Positions 19,749 through 30,237 of a stretch of DNA of 64,000 nt are shown piece by piece. The notes beneath the pieces were generated by a model. That model was not told the DNA's origin. It saw only the letters and a program-made list of their open reading frames with translations, and made no database searches. The first letter of the stretch is position 1; the number at the start of each line of letters is the position of its first letter. This DNA comes from an uncultured Chlamydiae bacterium (GTDB lineage Bacteria; Chlamydiota; Chlamydiia; Chlamydiales; Parachlamydiaceae), in the NCBI GenBank assembly GCA_963754655.1, contig CAVWGN010000001.1, forward strand, positions 2,880,001-2,944,000. Direction: 5' to 3'. Both the position numbers and the translations under genes were made by a program.

Positions 19749-22406
19749 ATGGTCAAGAAAATGAAAAGCGAATCTTCATCCGCCTCAAAATTCTCACCAG
19801 AAGACCCGCCTCACCTAAGCGCACAGTGTTATTCGCCTGAAATATTTCCCACTATTGAAGAGGTCATGAAGGGATTTCGCGAACGCTGTTTTTTCAATTT
19901 AACTTTACGCAAACGTTTTAGGCAAATCAACCACACCCTTTATCAACTGATCCATCAGGCTCCTTCTCCAGCTTTTCTCCTTAGCGCTATTCTTGATTTC
20001 TTTGATCGCATCAATCAAGAAAAAGTCCTTAAAGAGCCTCTTGACCTGGCTGCCTTTGAATTCTGGCTTAATCATTTTTCTGATCTTTCCGAACAAGAAA
20101 ATTATGAGATAAGAGCCAAAATTGTAGGAAAATATCTTCCACGCGACGAATATCAAGCTTTTTTTCCTATTGGAATGGGAAAAGTCTATTTTGGAACACA
20201 TTTTATTACTGCTCATCTGTCGCCAGATATTGATACCATGATGGCTTCTTTTTGGGGTTGGATGGATGCCTTTGGAGCACGTGTTGGATCGGGTTTGCAT
20301 GTATGGTGCTTGCCGGGAGGGCCACCAGATTCTCCCGTTACCTCTGTTTTTCGCAATCTGTTTGGATTCAACATTTTTTCTTATCTTGCGCGCCTCGCTC
20401 CAACGCTAACCCTTACTGCCATGGATTTAGTCACTCAAAAGCTTTTTAAGAAAGAATGGGGCGATACACTGATTACGGCAATTGATCATGAATCAAATGA
20501 AAAAGCCACTATTCTCGTCAATGAACAGGGACACTATTTAGGCGATTGGCGCAGTTCAGATGTAGAGTTAGTCCGTCAAATCATTATCTTAGTTAAGGCG
20601 TGCCTTCATTGGTTTGAAAACAATCTGCATACCCACTTAATCTCGCTTTTTGCAAAAGAAGATCTTTCCATTCAAGATTTATCCGCTTTTAATTTTTCTA
20701 TTTTTGATATTCGAATTAAAGATTGCGAATTTGTTCAAGATGTTAACGAAAAGCAGCAAAGTTATTTAAATGATTTCTTTTATCAAGTATTGGGTATTAA
20801 AGACGGATTTGAAGGAACATTCCGCGATCTCAACGAAGCCCTCAATCGGCTTTCAGTCCAAGGGATGCTGAACTTTCAAAAAGAAGTAGAGAAACTCCCT
20901 TCCCACAACATTTTTGACGAGAAGGGTTGTTTAAAAGAAAATCGTCCACAAATTTTTAATTGCCTCAAAGAACTGATTAAACATCTTGATGAAGCGATTT
21001 TTGAAGTACGCAATTATGTTGAGCGCTTGGATATTGTTCTCAGTATCAAATATAAAGTCTTAGGCATGCCTTATACTTACATTACCCTACGTAGCGATGT
21101 CGATGAAATGCGGCAGAAAATGCAAAATCATGACTTTTTAACAGTTGTCATTTATGAACAAGATGGCTCCTTATTTCCCGTGGGCATTGTCCGTGCACGT
21201 GATTTGCGCGAACAAGGATTGGGAACAGTCACCTTACGCGATTTTTGTAATTTAGAAGAAGTCCGGATGTCATCTTATTTAGAAGTGATCAGCGTCGTCG
21301 ATCATCATAAAAGCTCCTTAAAAACACTGGCGGTCCCAACAGCCTTAATTGGAGATGCGCAATCTTGCAATGTCTTGATTGCCGAACAAATGTTTATGTT
21401 GAATGATAAATACAGCTTAGGAGGAATGAATGTAGAACAGATTGAAGCGCAGATTCAGGAGGTCTCTTCTCGTTTAACAAATTTCAGTCAAATGCGCCTT
21501 TTACAACGTCTTTTTCAGCGGCGCCTCATTGCTCACAAAAGTCAACCTTACTTTATTCATCCTAGAAGAGAGTTTACTGAGTACCTATGCTTTCTCTATG
21601 CCATTTTAGATGATACCGACTTACTTACCAAAGTTTCTCATCGCGACCTTGAGTGCATGGCGCAATTATTAAATCGCTTGAAATCGCTTTCGCTCAGGCG
21701 TGAAGTAGAAATTGTTCATTTTGACGATATTCCAAGAGATAAAAATTTTGTTAAAGCCGCTGCACAACGAATCTTGCAGCAATCTGACATGTATTCTTTA
21801 TATCAGCAAATTTATCATTTAAGAGAATTGGAAATAGAATCGAACTTGGGCTTTTGCATTCAAAACCGATCATCTAACATCTTTTTAGACACAAAAGAAC
21901 AAAATGGTTGTGCTCGAGTAGGGCAAACGAAAATGTTTTCTTCCAATTTTCCCTTTTTCATTGAGCATGCTCAAGAGATTCGACAAATTTGGCTGAATCA
22001 ATCCTACGAAGTTTTTAAAGAAAAGCCAGAAATTGATTTGCATATCCACATGATCAGCACCATTGCGAGTGCTGAAGAGGTCTATAAGAATCAAATAGGT
22101 CCGTATATGCATCAAGATGAGCTTTGGTTTTGGACTCCTCCTACTCAATTGGGCTATCGCCATCTCAATAGCTTTTTGGCGGGCTTTCAATATGCAGTAA
22201 AAGAGTTTAAAAAAACCATGTCTTTAGAGTTTTTAGGCTCTCTGCCTGAAGAATTCATGAATATTTTTACTCTTCATTTTCCAGAGGTTTCCAAAAATAA
22301 AACCCCTTCCCACAGTACCTTTCCTATTGCCATTTTCCGCTTTAAAGCAGGGGCTTTAAATTCACGTAAATCCATGATTACCCCTTATTTGCCCCGCTTG
22401 GTCTAA
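19749..22406 (+). CDS. Large DHH-superfamily protein resembling CBS-domain family II pyrophosphatase
   Basis: TAHLSPDIDT, VVDHH, AILDDTDLL, CBS-like segments. ATG at 19749; the track start overlaps the tRNA. Confidence 0.6.
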   Translation: MVKKMKSESSSASKFSPEDPPHLSAQCYSPEIFPTIEEVMKGFRERCFFNLTLRKRFRQINHTLYQLIHQAPSPAFLLSAILDFFDRINQEKVLKEPLDLAAFEFWLNHFSDLSEQENYEIRAKIVGKYLPRDEYQAFFPIGMGKVYFGTHFITAHLSPDIDTMMASFWGWMDAFGARVGSGLHVWCLPGGPPDSPVTSVFRNLFGFNIFSYLARLAPTLTLTAMDLVTQKLFKKEWGDTLITAIDHESNEKATILVNEQGHYLGDWRSSDVELVRQIIILVKACLHWFENNLHTHLISLFAKEDLSIQDLSAFNFSIFDIRIKDCEFVQDVNEKQQSYLNDFFYQVLGIKDGFEGTFRDLNEALNRLSVQGMLNFQKEVEKLPSHNIFDEKGCLKENRPQIFNCLKELIKHLDEAIFEVRNYVERLDIVLSIKYKVLGMPYTYITLRSDVDEMRQKMQNHDFLTVVIYEQDGSLFPVGIVRARDLREQGLGTVTLRDFCNLEEVRMSSYLEVISVVDHHKSSLKTLAVPTALIGDAQSCNVLIAEQMFMLNDKYSLGGMNVEQIEAQIQEVSSRLTNFSQMRLLQRLFQRRLIAHKSQPYFIHPRREFTEYLCFLYAILDDTDLLTKVSHRDLECMAQLLNRLKSLSLRREVEIVHFDDIPRDKNFVKAAAQRILQQSDMYSLYQQIYHLRELEIESNLGFCIQNRSSNIFLDTKEQNGCARVGQTKMFSSNFPFFIEHAQEIRQIWLNQSYEVFKEKPEIDLHIHMISTIASAEEVYKNQIGPYMHQDELWFWTPPTQLGYRHLNSFLAGFQYAVKEFKKTMSLEFLGSLPEEFMNIFTLHFPEVSKNKTPSHSTFPIAIFRFKAGALNSRKSMITPYLPRLV

Positions 22407-22592
22407 GAGTGGTTTTGGCTAGACCTGTCAATTTTTTATGCCGGTCTTTTAAAACCGTGAAGGTAATTGATCAAAGGTTACCTCTAATCAATTACCTGTT
22501 CTCTTTAACAACAAGCAACCAGCCAGACAACTGAATGAGTTATCTCATTCTGTTGTCTCTGGAACTCATAATTATTGATTTCTTGACTGCAC

Positions 22593-22841
22593 TTATTCTG
22601 GTCGAGAATTTTCTTCAAGAATTTCGAGATTCACTCTAATTCCATTACGACTTGCAACCGACATCAAAAGTGTGCGGATTGCATTAATCGTCTTTCCTTT
22701 TTTGCCAATGATTTTGCCAATGTCGGATTTCTCAACCGAGAGCTCTATAATAAGTGTTTGCGTTCCTCCAATTTCGTTGATCTTCACCTTGTCTGGATGA
22801 TCAACCAAATTTTTGACGATATAAGCTACAAATTCTTTCAT
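22593..22841 (-). CDS. khpA: KH-domain RNA-binding protein (UPF0109)
   Basis: MKEFVAYIVKNLVDHP...DIGKIIGKKGKTINAIRTLL. Confidence 0.93.
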   Translation of the reverse strand: MKEFVAYIVKNLVDHPDKVKINEIGGTQTLIIELSVEKSDIGKIIGKKGKTINAIRTLLMSVASRNGIRVNLEILEENSRPE

Positions 22842-22945
22842 AATTCGATCCTTTGCAAATTGACACGTTTGATACTTCGGTATAACCTGACAATACGAAT
22901 TATTCAATTAATTTTCTAGAAAAACATGAAAAACAATGTTTGAGT

Positions 22946-23398
22946 TCATTTTAGCCCATTGTCGGGTTCAATAAGGAGAGTCACTGGTCCATCATTAATT
23001 AGAGCGATTTGCATTTCTGCTCCGAAAAGACCTGTTCGAATAGAGTCTATTTTCTGACTTAATTGTTCAATAAATTGATGGTAAAGAGGTTCAGCCATTG
23101 CAGGTGGAGCTGCCTGAATAAAATCAGGACGTCGTCCATTAAGGCAATTGGCATATAAAGTGAATTGGCTAACCACTAAAATTTGACCACCCATTTCCTT
23201 GACGCTATGATTCATTTTTCCTTCTTCATCGCTGAAAATACGCAAATGAACGAGCTTATTCACTAGCCATTGAATCTGGCTGGCATCATCTTCTTTATGA
23301 ATACCCAGGAAAACTAATAGACCAGGTCCAATCTCACTATAGAGTTGTTTTTGAATAAAAAGCCGCGCCTCTTGAACCCGTTGAATGAGCAATCGCAT
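22946..23398 (-). CDS. dtd: D-aminoacyl-tRNA deacylase
   Basis: LIQRV, VSQFTL, GRRPDF, NDGPVT. Confidence 0.96.
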   Translation of the reverse strand: MRLLIQRVQEARLFIQKQLYSEIGPGLLVFLGIHKEDDASQIQWLVNKLVHLRIFSDEEGKMNHSVKEMGGQILVVSQFTLYANCLNGRRPDFIQAAPPAMAEPLYHQFIEQLSQKIDSIRTGLFGAEMQIALINDGPVTLLIEPDNGLK

Positions 23399-23434
23399 AA
23401 GTGAAATTCATTAGAATAATGGTAGCGCTTTAAA

Positions 23435-24421
23435 CTAACGCTCATCATCTTTTTCTGTCAAGCTTTTCAAAGTGGCTTCTGGAAGGATTTTACGCATTAA
23501 ACGCACCATATCTACTGGCGGAGGAGCTGTCAATTCTAGTTCACAACCTGTGAACGGATGCTGAAATTTGACTTTGGCAGCATGTAAAAGTTGTCGCTGA
23601 ACTCCATAGTAATGATTCAAAGAAGAATTTCCATAGAGCTCGTCTCCCAAAACAGGGGTTCCCTTATACTTAAGATGAACGCGAATTTGATGTGTACGCC
23701 CTGTCGCAATGAGGATTTGGACAAAACTCAATTTATCATTCCAACCCAGCGTTTTTAAAAAACTGATCGCTTGTTTACCTGTAGGAACGATAGCCATTTG
23801 CTTGCGATGAATCGGGTGGCGTCCAATAGGAGCAGAGATTTCGCCATCAGCTGGACGACCCAAGCAAATAGCCCAATACTCTTTATAGACTTGGCGAGAG
23901 GCAAATAGAGCGGTCAATTTCTGCTGCATTTCTAATGTTTTAGCAGCCACTAAGACTCCTGACGTTTCTTTGTCCAAACGATGAACAATACCAGGCCGCA
24001 AGGAATTTTCCTGCCCTATCAATTGACCACAGTGATAAAGAAGACCATTGACAAATGTTCCTGACCAATTTCCCGGGGCTGGATGAACAACCATGCCAGC
24101 GGGCTTATTAATTGCTAGCAAATTCTCATCTTCAAAAAGAATGGTTAAGGGAATAGGTTCAGGAGTAAGCTGAATCTCGGGTGTAGCAGCAAATTGGACT
24201 TCAATTTCATCGCCTAGTTGAGGTTTAATCCTTTTTTTAACTGGAACCCCATTGAGCAAAACGAGATGCTCATCGATTAAATATTGAAAATAGGTACGCG
24301 AATAAACTTCTTTAAATCGCTTAGCTAAAACTTTATCTAAACGCTCTCCCGTCTCTTCTTCCGTCACAACCAAAAGATCAATTTCATCTGCTTCCATCTT
24401 TAAGATCCTGTTATAAGGCAA
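23435..24421 (-). CDS. rluD: RluA/RluD-family 23S rRNA pseudouridine synthase
   Basis: S4 domain, NKPAGMVVHP, HRLDKETSG, TGRTHQIRVH. True start may be ATG 24397. Confidence 0.93.
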   Translation of the reverse strand: MPYNRILKMEADEIDLLVVTEEETGERLDKVLAKRFKEVYSRTYFQYLIDEHLVLLNGVPVKKRIKPQLGDEIEVQFAATPEIQLTPEPIPLTILFEDENLLAINKPAGMVVHPAPGNWSGTFVNGLLYHCGQLIGQENSLRPGIVHRLDKETSGVLVAAKTLEMQQKLTALFASRQVYKEYWAICLGRPADGEISAPIGRHPIHRKQMAIVPTGKQAISFLKTLGWNDKLSFVQILIATGRTHQIRVHLKYKGTPVLGDELYGNSSLNHYYGVQRQLLHAAKVKFQHPFTGCELELTAPPPVDMVRLMRKILPEATLKSLTEKDDER

Positions 24422-24719
24422 ACTGAGCGGCTGCCGGTATCGCCAAAAGCAAAAGAGGATGCTGTTCGTAAGGAAAATGAGGAACCAATTTTTTAAGCAG
24501 GCTATAAATATGCGAGTGTATAGACTCTAGCGTCGCTAACTCAATCGAAGTACCCAAAGATTTACCTAAGTACACAATCCCCTCATTTTCAATTCGCTGT
24601 AAATAAGAAGACACTTGATTTTGAATAAATAATTCTTGCTCGACAGCAGGAAGCAGTTGAAGCTCTTGTTGATAAGCATCTGACATGGGAAAGCCAAGAA
24701 AAAGGATGGAATCAAACAT
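24411..24719 (-). CDS. Hypothetical protein
   Basis: 102-aa ORF in operon orientation ahead of rluD. Confidence 0.6.
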   Translation of the reverse strand: MFDSILFLGFPMSDAYQQELQLLPAVEQELFIQNQVSSYLQRIENEGIVYLGKSLGTSIELATLESIHSHIYSLLKKLVPHFPYEQHPLLLLAIPAAAQFAL

Positions 24720-24763
24720 AACAACAGTATACGACTCTCACTCTTTTTGGCCAAAAAGATTTA

Positions 24764-25015
24764 TTATCTTTGACTTTCGCGAAGAATCTTTTTGATATTT
24801 TCCTGCCCTTTTCTCATTTTATTAGTGATTTCCATCGCCATCGCCTTTAACATTTCTTCAAACATTTCAGGGTGTTCTTTTTTGAATTTATCTAAACCAC
24901 CTATCCCACCTACATATTCTTTAGAAGGATCTGCTGGCTTCTGAGACCCTGTTGTTTGATCAGTTGACTGAGTCTCATTTGTAGGAGATGACCCACTTGT
25001 ACTTTCTATTGACAT
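24764..25015 (-). CDS. Small hypothetical protein with S/T-rich N-terminus and coiled C-terminus
   Basis: GGAGAGAGG RBS; MSIESTSGSSPT start. Confidence 0.7.
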   Translation of the reverse strand: MSIESTSGSSPTNETQSTDQTTGSQKPADPSKEYVGGIGGLDKFKKEHPEMFEEMLKAMAMEITNKMRKGQENIKKILRESQR

Positions 25016-25367
25016 AAAAACCCTCTCTCCTGAAATTTAAATCTTTCAATTTATACTCTTATATTAACATAAAAATATATAAATTACAATTCATTAAATT
25101 AATCTGCTAAATTTAAATTAATTTTTGAATTACTTAATGCAGTCAAAACCTAAACATTATATTTAGATAAAACGATAAATAGTTAAATTTTAATTTATTT
25201 TTAATTTTTTTGTTGTTATTATATTAAAAAATTTATTATTTTAATTATAAAAAGGACTTAAACAACATGTCTAATAATACTCCAGTTAATTTGACTGCTA
25301 ATCATTATTACGCGGGTGAAACTTATTGGAAGTTTAGGATGATAGAAGTAGATCAGAGTGAAGAATT

Positions 25368-25991
25368 CTATTCTTCTAGCTCTTCTATATGCAATTGGCT
25401 TAATGCGATTTTAACTTGCTCAAATGAATAGCCTTTGCGCACTAAAGCAGCGACGACCTTTTGCCGGCTTTTATATTGAGTGAGATCTTTTGTACGATAA
25501 CGCGTTTTAAGCAAATGCTGAATCGCTTGAATTTCTTCTTCTGGATTTTGCCATTCTTTTGCTAAGCGCTGAATCGTCTCTGAAGACAAACCTTTTGCAT
25601 AAAGCTTGTTGAGAATAAAGCGCAGGCCATAGCGTCTTTGTTGAATGCGCATAAAACTCTGCAGCCACAACTCGTCGTCTAAAAAACCTATCTCTCGATA
25701 GTCTTGCAAAACGCGCTCAATGGTCTTGTTTTGCACTAAGCGGTCGCGCAAGAGCTTGGCCAACTGCTCAGAATGATAACTTTGAGAGGACAGGCGCCAC
25801 AAGACGTAGCCTTTGACGCGCCGATATTCAAAGGCATCAAAAACAGTTTGTAATTCTTCTTCGGAAGGAAGAGGAGGAAAAGTAGGCTGACGTCCAAAAA
25901 TAGCGCGATGCACTTCACGCCATTTTTCGCCATTAAGCAAAATTTCCCAGCGATCTCGATTTCCTTCTTTGGGTTGAAATATCACTTGCAA
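25368..25991 (-). CDS. recX: Regulatory protein RecX
   Basis: GFLDDE, three-helix repeats, ALVRKGYS. Confidence 0.85.
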   Translation of the reverse strand: MQVIFQPKEGNRDRWEILLNGEKWREVHRAIFGRQPTFPPLPSEEELQTVFDAFEYRRVKGYVLWRLSSQSYHSEQLAKLLRDRLVQNKTIERVLQDYREIGFLDDELWLQSFMRIQQRRYGLRFILNKLYAKGLSSETIQRLAKEWQNPEEEIQAIQHLLKTRYRTKDLTQYKSRQKVVAALVRKGYSFEQVKIALSQLHIEELEE

Positions 25992-26027
25992 GGCCTTCCT
26001 CCTGATGAGATCTTTTTCAAAGAGGTT

Positions 26028-27929
26028 TTATTTAACTTGAATCATTTTTTTCACTTCCCGTGGCGTCATTCTGACGCCTTTGGCAGTGACGCCTTTGATC
26101 GCTACACTTTCAAGCTTAAATTGCACTTTGGCAATCGTTTGCCTAGCCTTTGGAACAAGTTGCAACTCCAGGGTGTTATGAGGGGCAGTGGAAATATAAT
26201 CAAGCACCATCCCCTCCTCTACATAGCGATAGGGTTTATCCAAAATGAACTTTTCCACGATAAAACGCTTGGCATAAGCATAATGTGTTTTAGGATCGCG
26301 GTAAGCAACACTAATGATAGCTTTTTTATCTGCCACTCCCAAGTAGACGACTTTATTGCCTTGATGATGCATATATTGCTTTTCTGGAATATTGATCACA
26401 TGATAAGAGCCATCCTTAAACATGACGAGCAGCTTATCAAAGTTAGTACATTCCAACAGATGCTTGCTTTCCACCTTTGTTCCAATAAAACCTGAAGCTG
26501 GATCAAATCCTACGGTTACTTGCCTTGTCTCCATTGCGCGAGTGTCGACTTGCTGGATAGCTTGAATTTCTGTTCGCCTTTCATAGTCTTTGACATATTT
26601 TTTAAGTAAGCCTTGTAAGTAGCGGATAGTGACCCTTTTAATATTTTTAAGCTCTTTTTCCACTTTTGCCAACTGCTCTTGACAGGAAACAATTTCTTCT
26701 TGGCTTTTTGCTAAGTCAAAGCGTGAAATGCGGCGGATAGGAATATTGAGCAAGCGTTCGCGATCTTCCTGTGTAGGCTCACGCAAAAGTTGCATGTGAT
26801 AAGGTTTTAAGCTTGTGGCAATGGTTTGATGAATCTGTTCATACGATTCGATATTTTCAATATGCTTATATAAGCGATTTTCAATGAAAATTTGTTCAAG
26901 AGATTTTTCAAAAATTTTTTCCTTCAAGCGTGCCTGCTCAATTTCCAATTCGCGACGCAAGTATTCTTGCAGTTTATCGGCATGATATCTCAAGATTTCT
27001 TCGACATCTGCTTCCCAAGGCAAGTTATCTTTAATGACGACGATTTGCGAGTGAAGCGACACTTCGCATTCCGTATAGGCATACAAGGCATCGAGCAAAT
27101 CTTGCGCATAATGTCCTCGAGGCATCTTAATCTCAATTTCGACATTTTCTGCTGTATAGTCTTGAATAGCCTCAATTTTAATTTTGCCTTTTTTCGCCGC
27201 TTCATCAATAGAGCGAATCAAAGATTCAGTTGTCGTCCCATAGCAAATTTCTTTAATCACTAGTGTTTTGGGATCACGGACCTCAATCTTGGCTCGCAAC
27301 TTAACTTTTCCTCGACCTTTATCATACTGAGAGGCATCCATAATGCCGCCAGTTGGAAAGTCAGGTAAAATGTTAAAGGATTTTCCCTCTAAAATAGCAA
27401 TCTCAGCTTCGAGTAGCTCGGCAAAATTGTGCGGAAAAATATGAGTAGACATTCCCACAGCAATCCCATCTGCCCCTTGCAAAAGCACAACAGGAATCTT
27501 AGCGGGCAAGTAAACAGGTTCTTGATGGCGTCCATCATACGAAGAGCTGAGACTGGTAATATCTGCGTTGAAAAGCGTCTCTTTGGCCAAAGGACTTAAA
27601 CGGGTTTCGATGTAACGAGACGCTGCGGCTGGGTCTCCAGTAAACAAATTACCAAAGTTTCCTTGTTTATCAAGCAAGTAACCCTTATTTGCCATATTAA
27701 CGAGGGCTTCTGTAATGGGAGCATCACCATGTGGATGAAGAGCCATCGTTTGACCCGCCACATTAGCTACTTTATGCAATTTGCCATCATGCATGATCCA
27801 AAGCATATAGAGAATGCGGCGTTGAACAGGTTTGAGACCATCTACGACATTAGGAATGGCACGATCCAAAATGACATAAGAGGCATACTTGATATAATGA
27901 TGCTGCATGAGCTGCTTAATATCTTCCAT
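26028..27929 (-). CDS. parC: DNA topoisomerase IV subunit A (chlamydial gyrA_2 type)
   Basis: RAIPNVVDGLKPVQRR, HPHGD, AASRYIE, LPDFPTGG. Confidence 0.95.
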   Translation of the reverse strand: MEDIKQLMQHHYIKYASYVILDRAIPNVVDGLKPVQRRILYMLWIMHDGKLHKVANVAGQTMALHPHGDAPITEALVNMANKGYLLDKQGNFGNLFTGDPAAASRYIETRLSPLAKETLFNADITSLSSSYDGRHQEPVYLPAKIPVVLLQGADGIAVGMSTHIFPHNFAELLEAEIAILEGKSFNILPDFPTGGIMDASQYDKGRGKVKLRAKIEVRDPKTLVIKEICYGTTTESLIRSIDEAAKKGKIKIEAIQDYTAENVEIEIKMPRGHYAQDLLDALYAYTECEVSLHSQIVVIKDNLPWEADVEEILRYHADKLQEYLRRELEIEQARLKEKIFEKSLEQIFIENRLYKHIENIESYEQIHQTIATSLKPYHMQLLREPTQEDRERLLNIPIRRISRFDLAKSQEEIVSCQEQLAKVEKELKNIKRVTIRYLQGLLKKYVKDYERRTEIQAIQQVDTRAMETRQVTVGFDPASGFIGTKVESKHLLECTNFDKLLVMFKDGSYHVINIPEKQYMHHQGNKVVYLGVADKKAIISVAYRDPKTHYAYAKRFIVEKFILDKPYRYVEEGMVLDYISTAPHNTLELQLVPKARQTIAKVQFKLESVAIKGVTAKGVRMTPREVKKMIQVK

Positions 27930-27967
27930 AGCACTTCCTAAAAATGACGGCTAATGATTAATTTATT

Positions 27968-28130
27968 CTAGTACTCCACCACACTAGTTTTGTGTATTTA
28001 GATTGCTTCAAAGCCCCGCGGTTGAATTGGCGTAAGTGGTCAATATTAGCAATATGGACCCACTTACGCCAATTCAACCGCGGGCTTTGAAGCAGTCCCA
28101 ATAGGCAAAACTCATGTAATGGAATACTAG
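27968..28130. repeat. Family-D MITE-like palindrome (163 bp) between parE and parC
   Basis: CTAGTACTCC...GGAATACTAG termini; arms inverted to CAATTGGCGTAAGTGG-like / CCACTTACGCCAATT core. Confidence 0.9.
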
Positions 28131-28138
28131 TACTATTT

Positions 28139-29963
28139 TTAAGACACGCCCACAGCCAATTCTTCTTCGTTAATCAAATTTTGCATAATGAACTGCTTGC
28201 GCTCTGGCGTATTTTTACCCATGTAAAATGCAGGGTAGGTTTAATATCAGAAAAAGAGCGAATTGTCACAGGAATTAATCGAATATCTTTTCCAATAAAT
28301 TGCTTGAATTCGTGAGGAGAAATTTCTCCTAATCCTTTAAAACGAGTCACTTCAACTCCTTTTTTTAACTTGGCAATGGCACGGTCGCGCTCCTCTTCTG
28401 AGTAGCAATAGAGCGTATTTTCTTTATTGCGCACTTTAAACAAAGGCGTTTCTAGAATATATAAATGACCATTGAGGACTAGTCCTTCAAAATAGGTCAA
28501 AAAGAAGGTAATGAGTAAATTGCGAATATGCATACCATCGACATCAGCATCAGTTGCCAAAATGACTTTGTTATAACGCAATTGCGCAATGTCATCTTCA
28601 ATATTCAACGCATTCATCAAGTTGAACATTTCTTCATTTTTATAAAGCTGATCAATCTTCATACCAAACACATTTAATGGCTTTCCCCTCAAAGAGAAAA
28701 CTGCTTGAGTCAACGGATCGCGTGAAGCAACAATCGAAGCACTTGCTGAATCCCCTTCAGTCAAGAAAATCATGGTTTTATCGCTATAGTCCGATTGATC
28801 TTGATAATGGTATTTGCAATCGCGCAACTTAGGAATTTTAAACGAAATCTTCTTTTGTTTTTCTTTGGCTTCTTTTTTGACAGCAGCCAATTCACGGCGT
28901 AGCTTTTCATTAAAAGCAATGCGTTCAATAATGCGATTGGCTATGTCAGGATGCTTATGCAAAAGGTTGACAACTGCTTCTTTAACTTCTTGAACAACAG
29001 GTCCGCGCAACTCGGTATTTCCTAACTTATTTTTGGTTTGCGATTCAAAAATTGGATCTTTGACTCGAACCAAAATGGTCCCCACAATTCCTTCTCGAAC
29101 ATCCACTCCTTGAAAGTTTTTCTTAGAAAATTCATTCACTCCTTTTAAAATTCCTTCTCGAAAAGCCGAAAGATGGGTTCCGCCATCTGCTGTATATTGG
29201 CCATTGACAAACGAAAAATAACTTTCGCCATAGCTACGAGTATGTAAAAAGGCAAACTCTAAATGCTTACCGCGATAATGCAAAGGCTCATAAAGCTTAT
29301 CTTCAGTTACTTCTGCATTCAAGAGATCCAGTAATCCATAGTCCGATTGAATCTTTTCTCCATTAAATTCTAGTATAGACCAGTATTCAAATAGGCATAG
29401 TGCCAAATGCGCTTAAGAATAAATTCCTTTTGAAAAGAGAATTTTTTAAAGATTTCGTGATCGGGAATAAATTCAACATAAGTTCCATTCGGTTCTTGGG
29501 TTTTCCCCTTTTTCTGATCTTTTAACCTTCCTTGGCTAAAACGCGCCTCAACAAATTCGCCATCGCGATAACTGCGCACAAAAAAATAACTCGAGAGAGC
29601 ATTAACAGCTTTCGTTCCAACGCCATTCAATCCTACAGAAAATTGAAAGACATCATCATTATATTTTGCCCCTGTATTAATCTGACTGACGCATTCAATC
29701 ACTTTACCTAAGGGAATGCCTCGACCAAAATCGCGAACAGCTACGCAACCGGTGGCCTCATCCACTTTGACAATAATTTTTTTGCCATGCTTCATAATGA
29801 ATTCATCAACACTATTATCGATGACTTCTTTAAGCATGATGTAAATTCCATCATCTGGATTAGACCCATCGCCTAATCGGCCAATGTACATTCCCGAACG
29901 CAAACGAATATGCGCTAAGGCATCTAATGTCTTAACTGTACTCTCATCATAATGCTTTGCCAT
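28139..29963 (-). CDS. parE: DNA topoisomerase IV subunit B, reading frame broken by two -1 frameshifts (~29373 and ~28227)
   Basis: GHKL motifs in 29370-29963; TOPRIM EGDSA/DADVDG in 28174-29406; conserved tail YMGKNTPERKQFI in a third segment ending TAA at 28139. Confidence 0.9.
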
Positions 29964-30237
29964 AAATCACAATTACTTATATTGTTAAACTATAAAAAAT
30001 ATACTTATTTTTGAATTGAAAATCCAGTCTTTTTAGCAATTAAATCCAAAAATTGCCAAATTATTCATCAATCCCCTTTTATCAATTTACTGCGAAAGAT
30101 TTCCCCCTTCAACTATTTAAATTAAAATTTAAAAAAAATATAAATTTCAATCTTTACTTGAAAGAAAAACTTTAGAAGGTCATTTTGATGTTAGTACGTA
30201 ATAGTTGAATTTGATAAGAATTTAAATTGGAATCTTT

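Noticed and set aside
25908..27941. Antisense ORFs over parC/recX and similar shadow ORFs across the window
   Set aside because: They overlap well-supported genes on the opposite strand and have no recognisable motifs.
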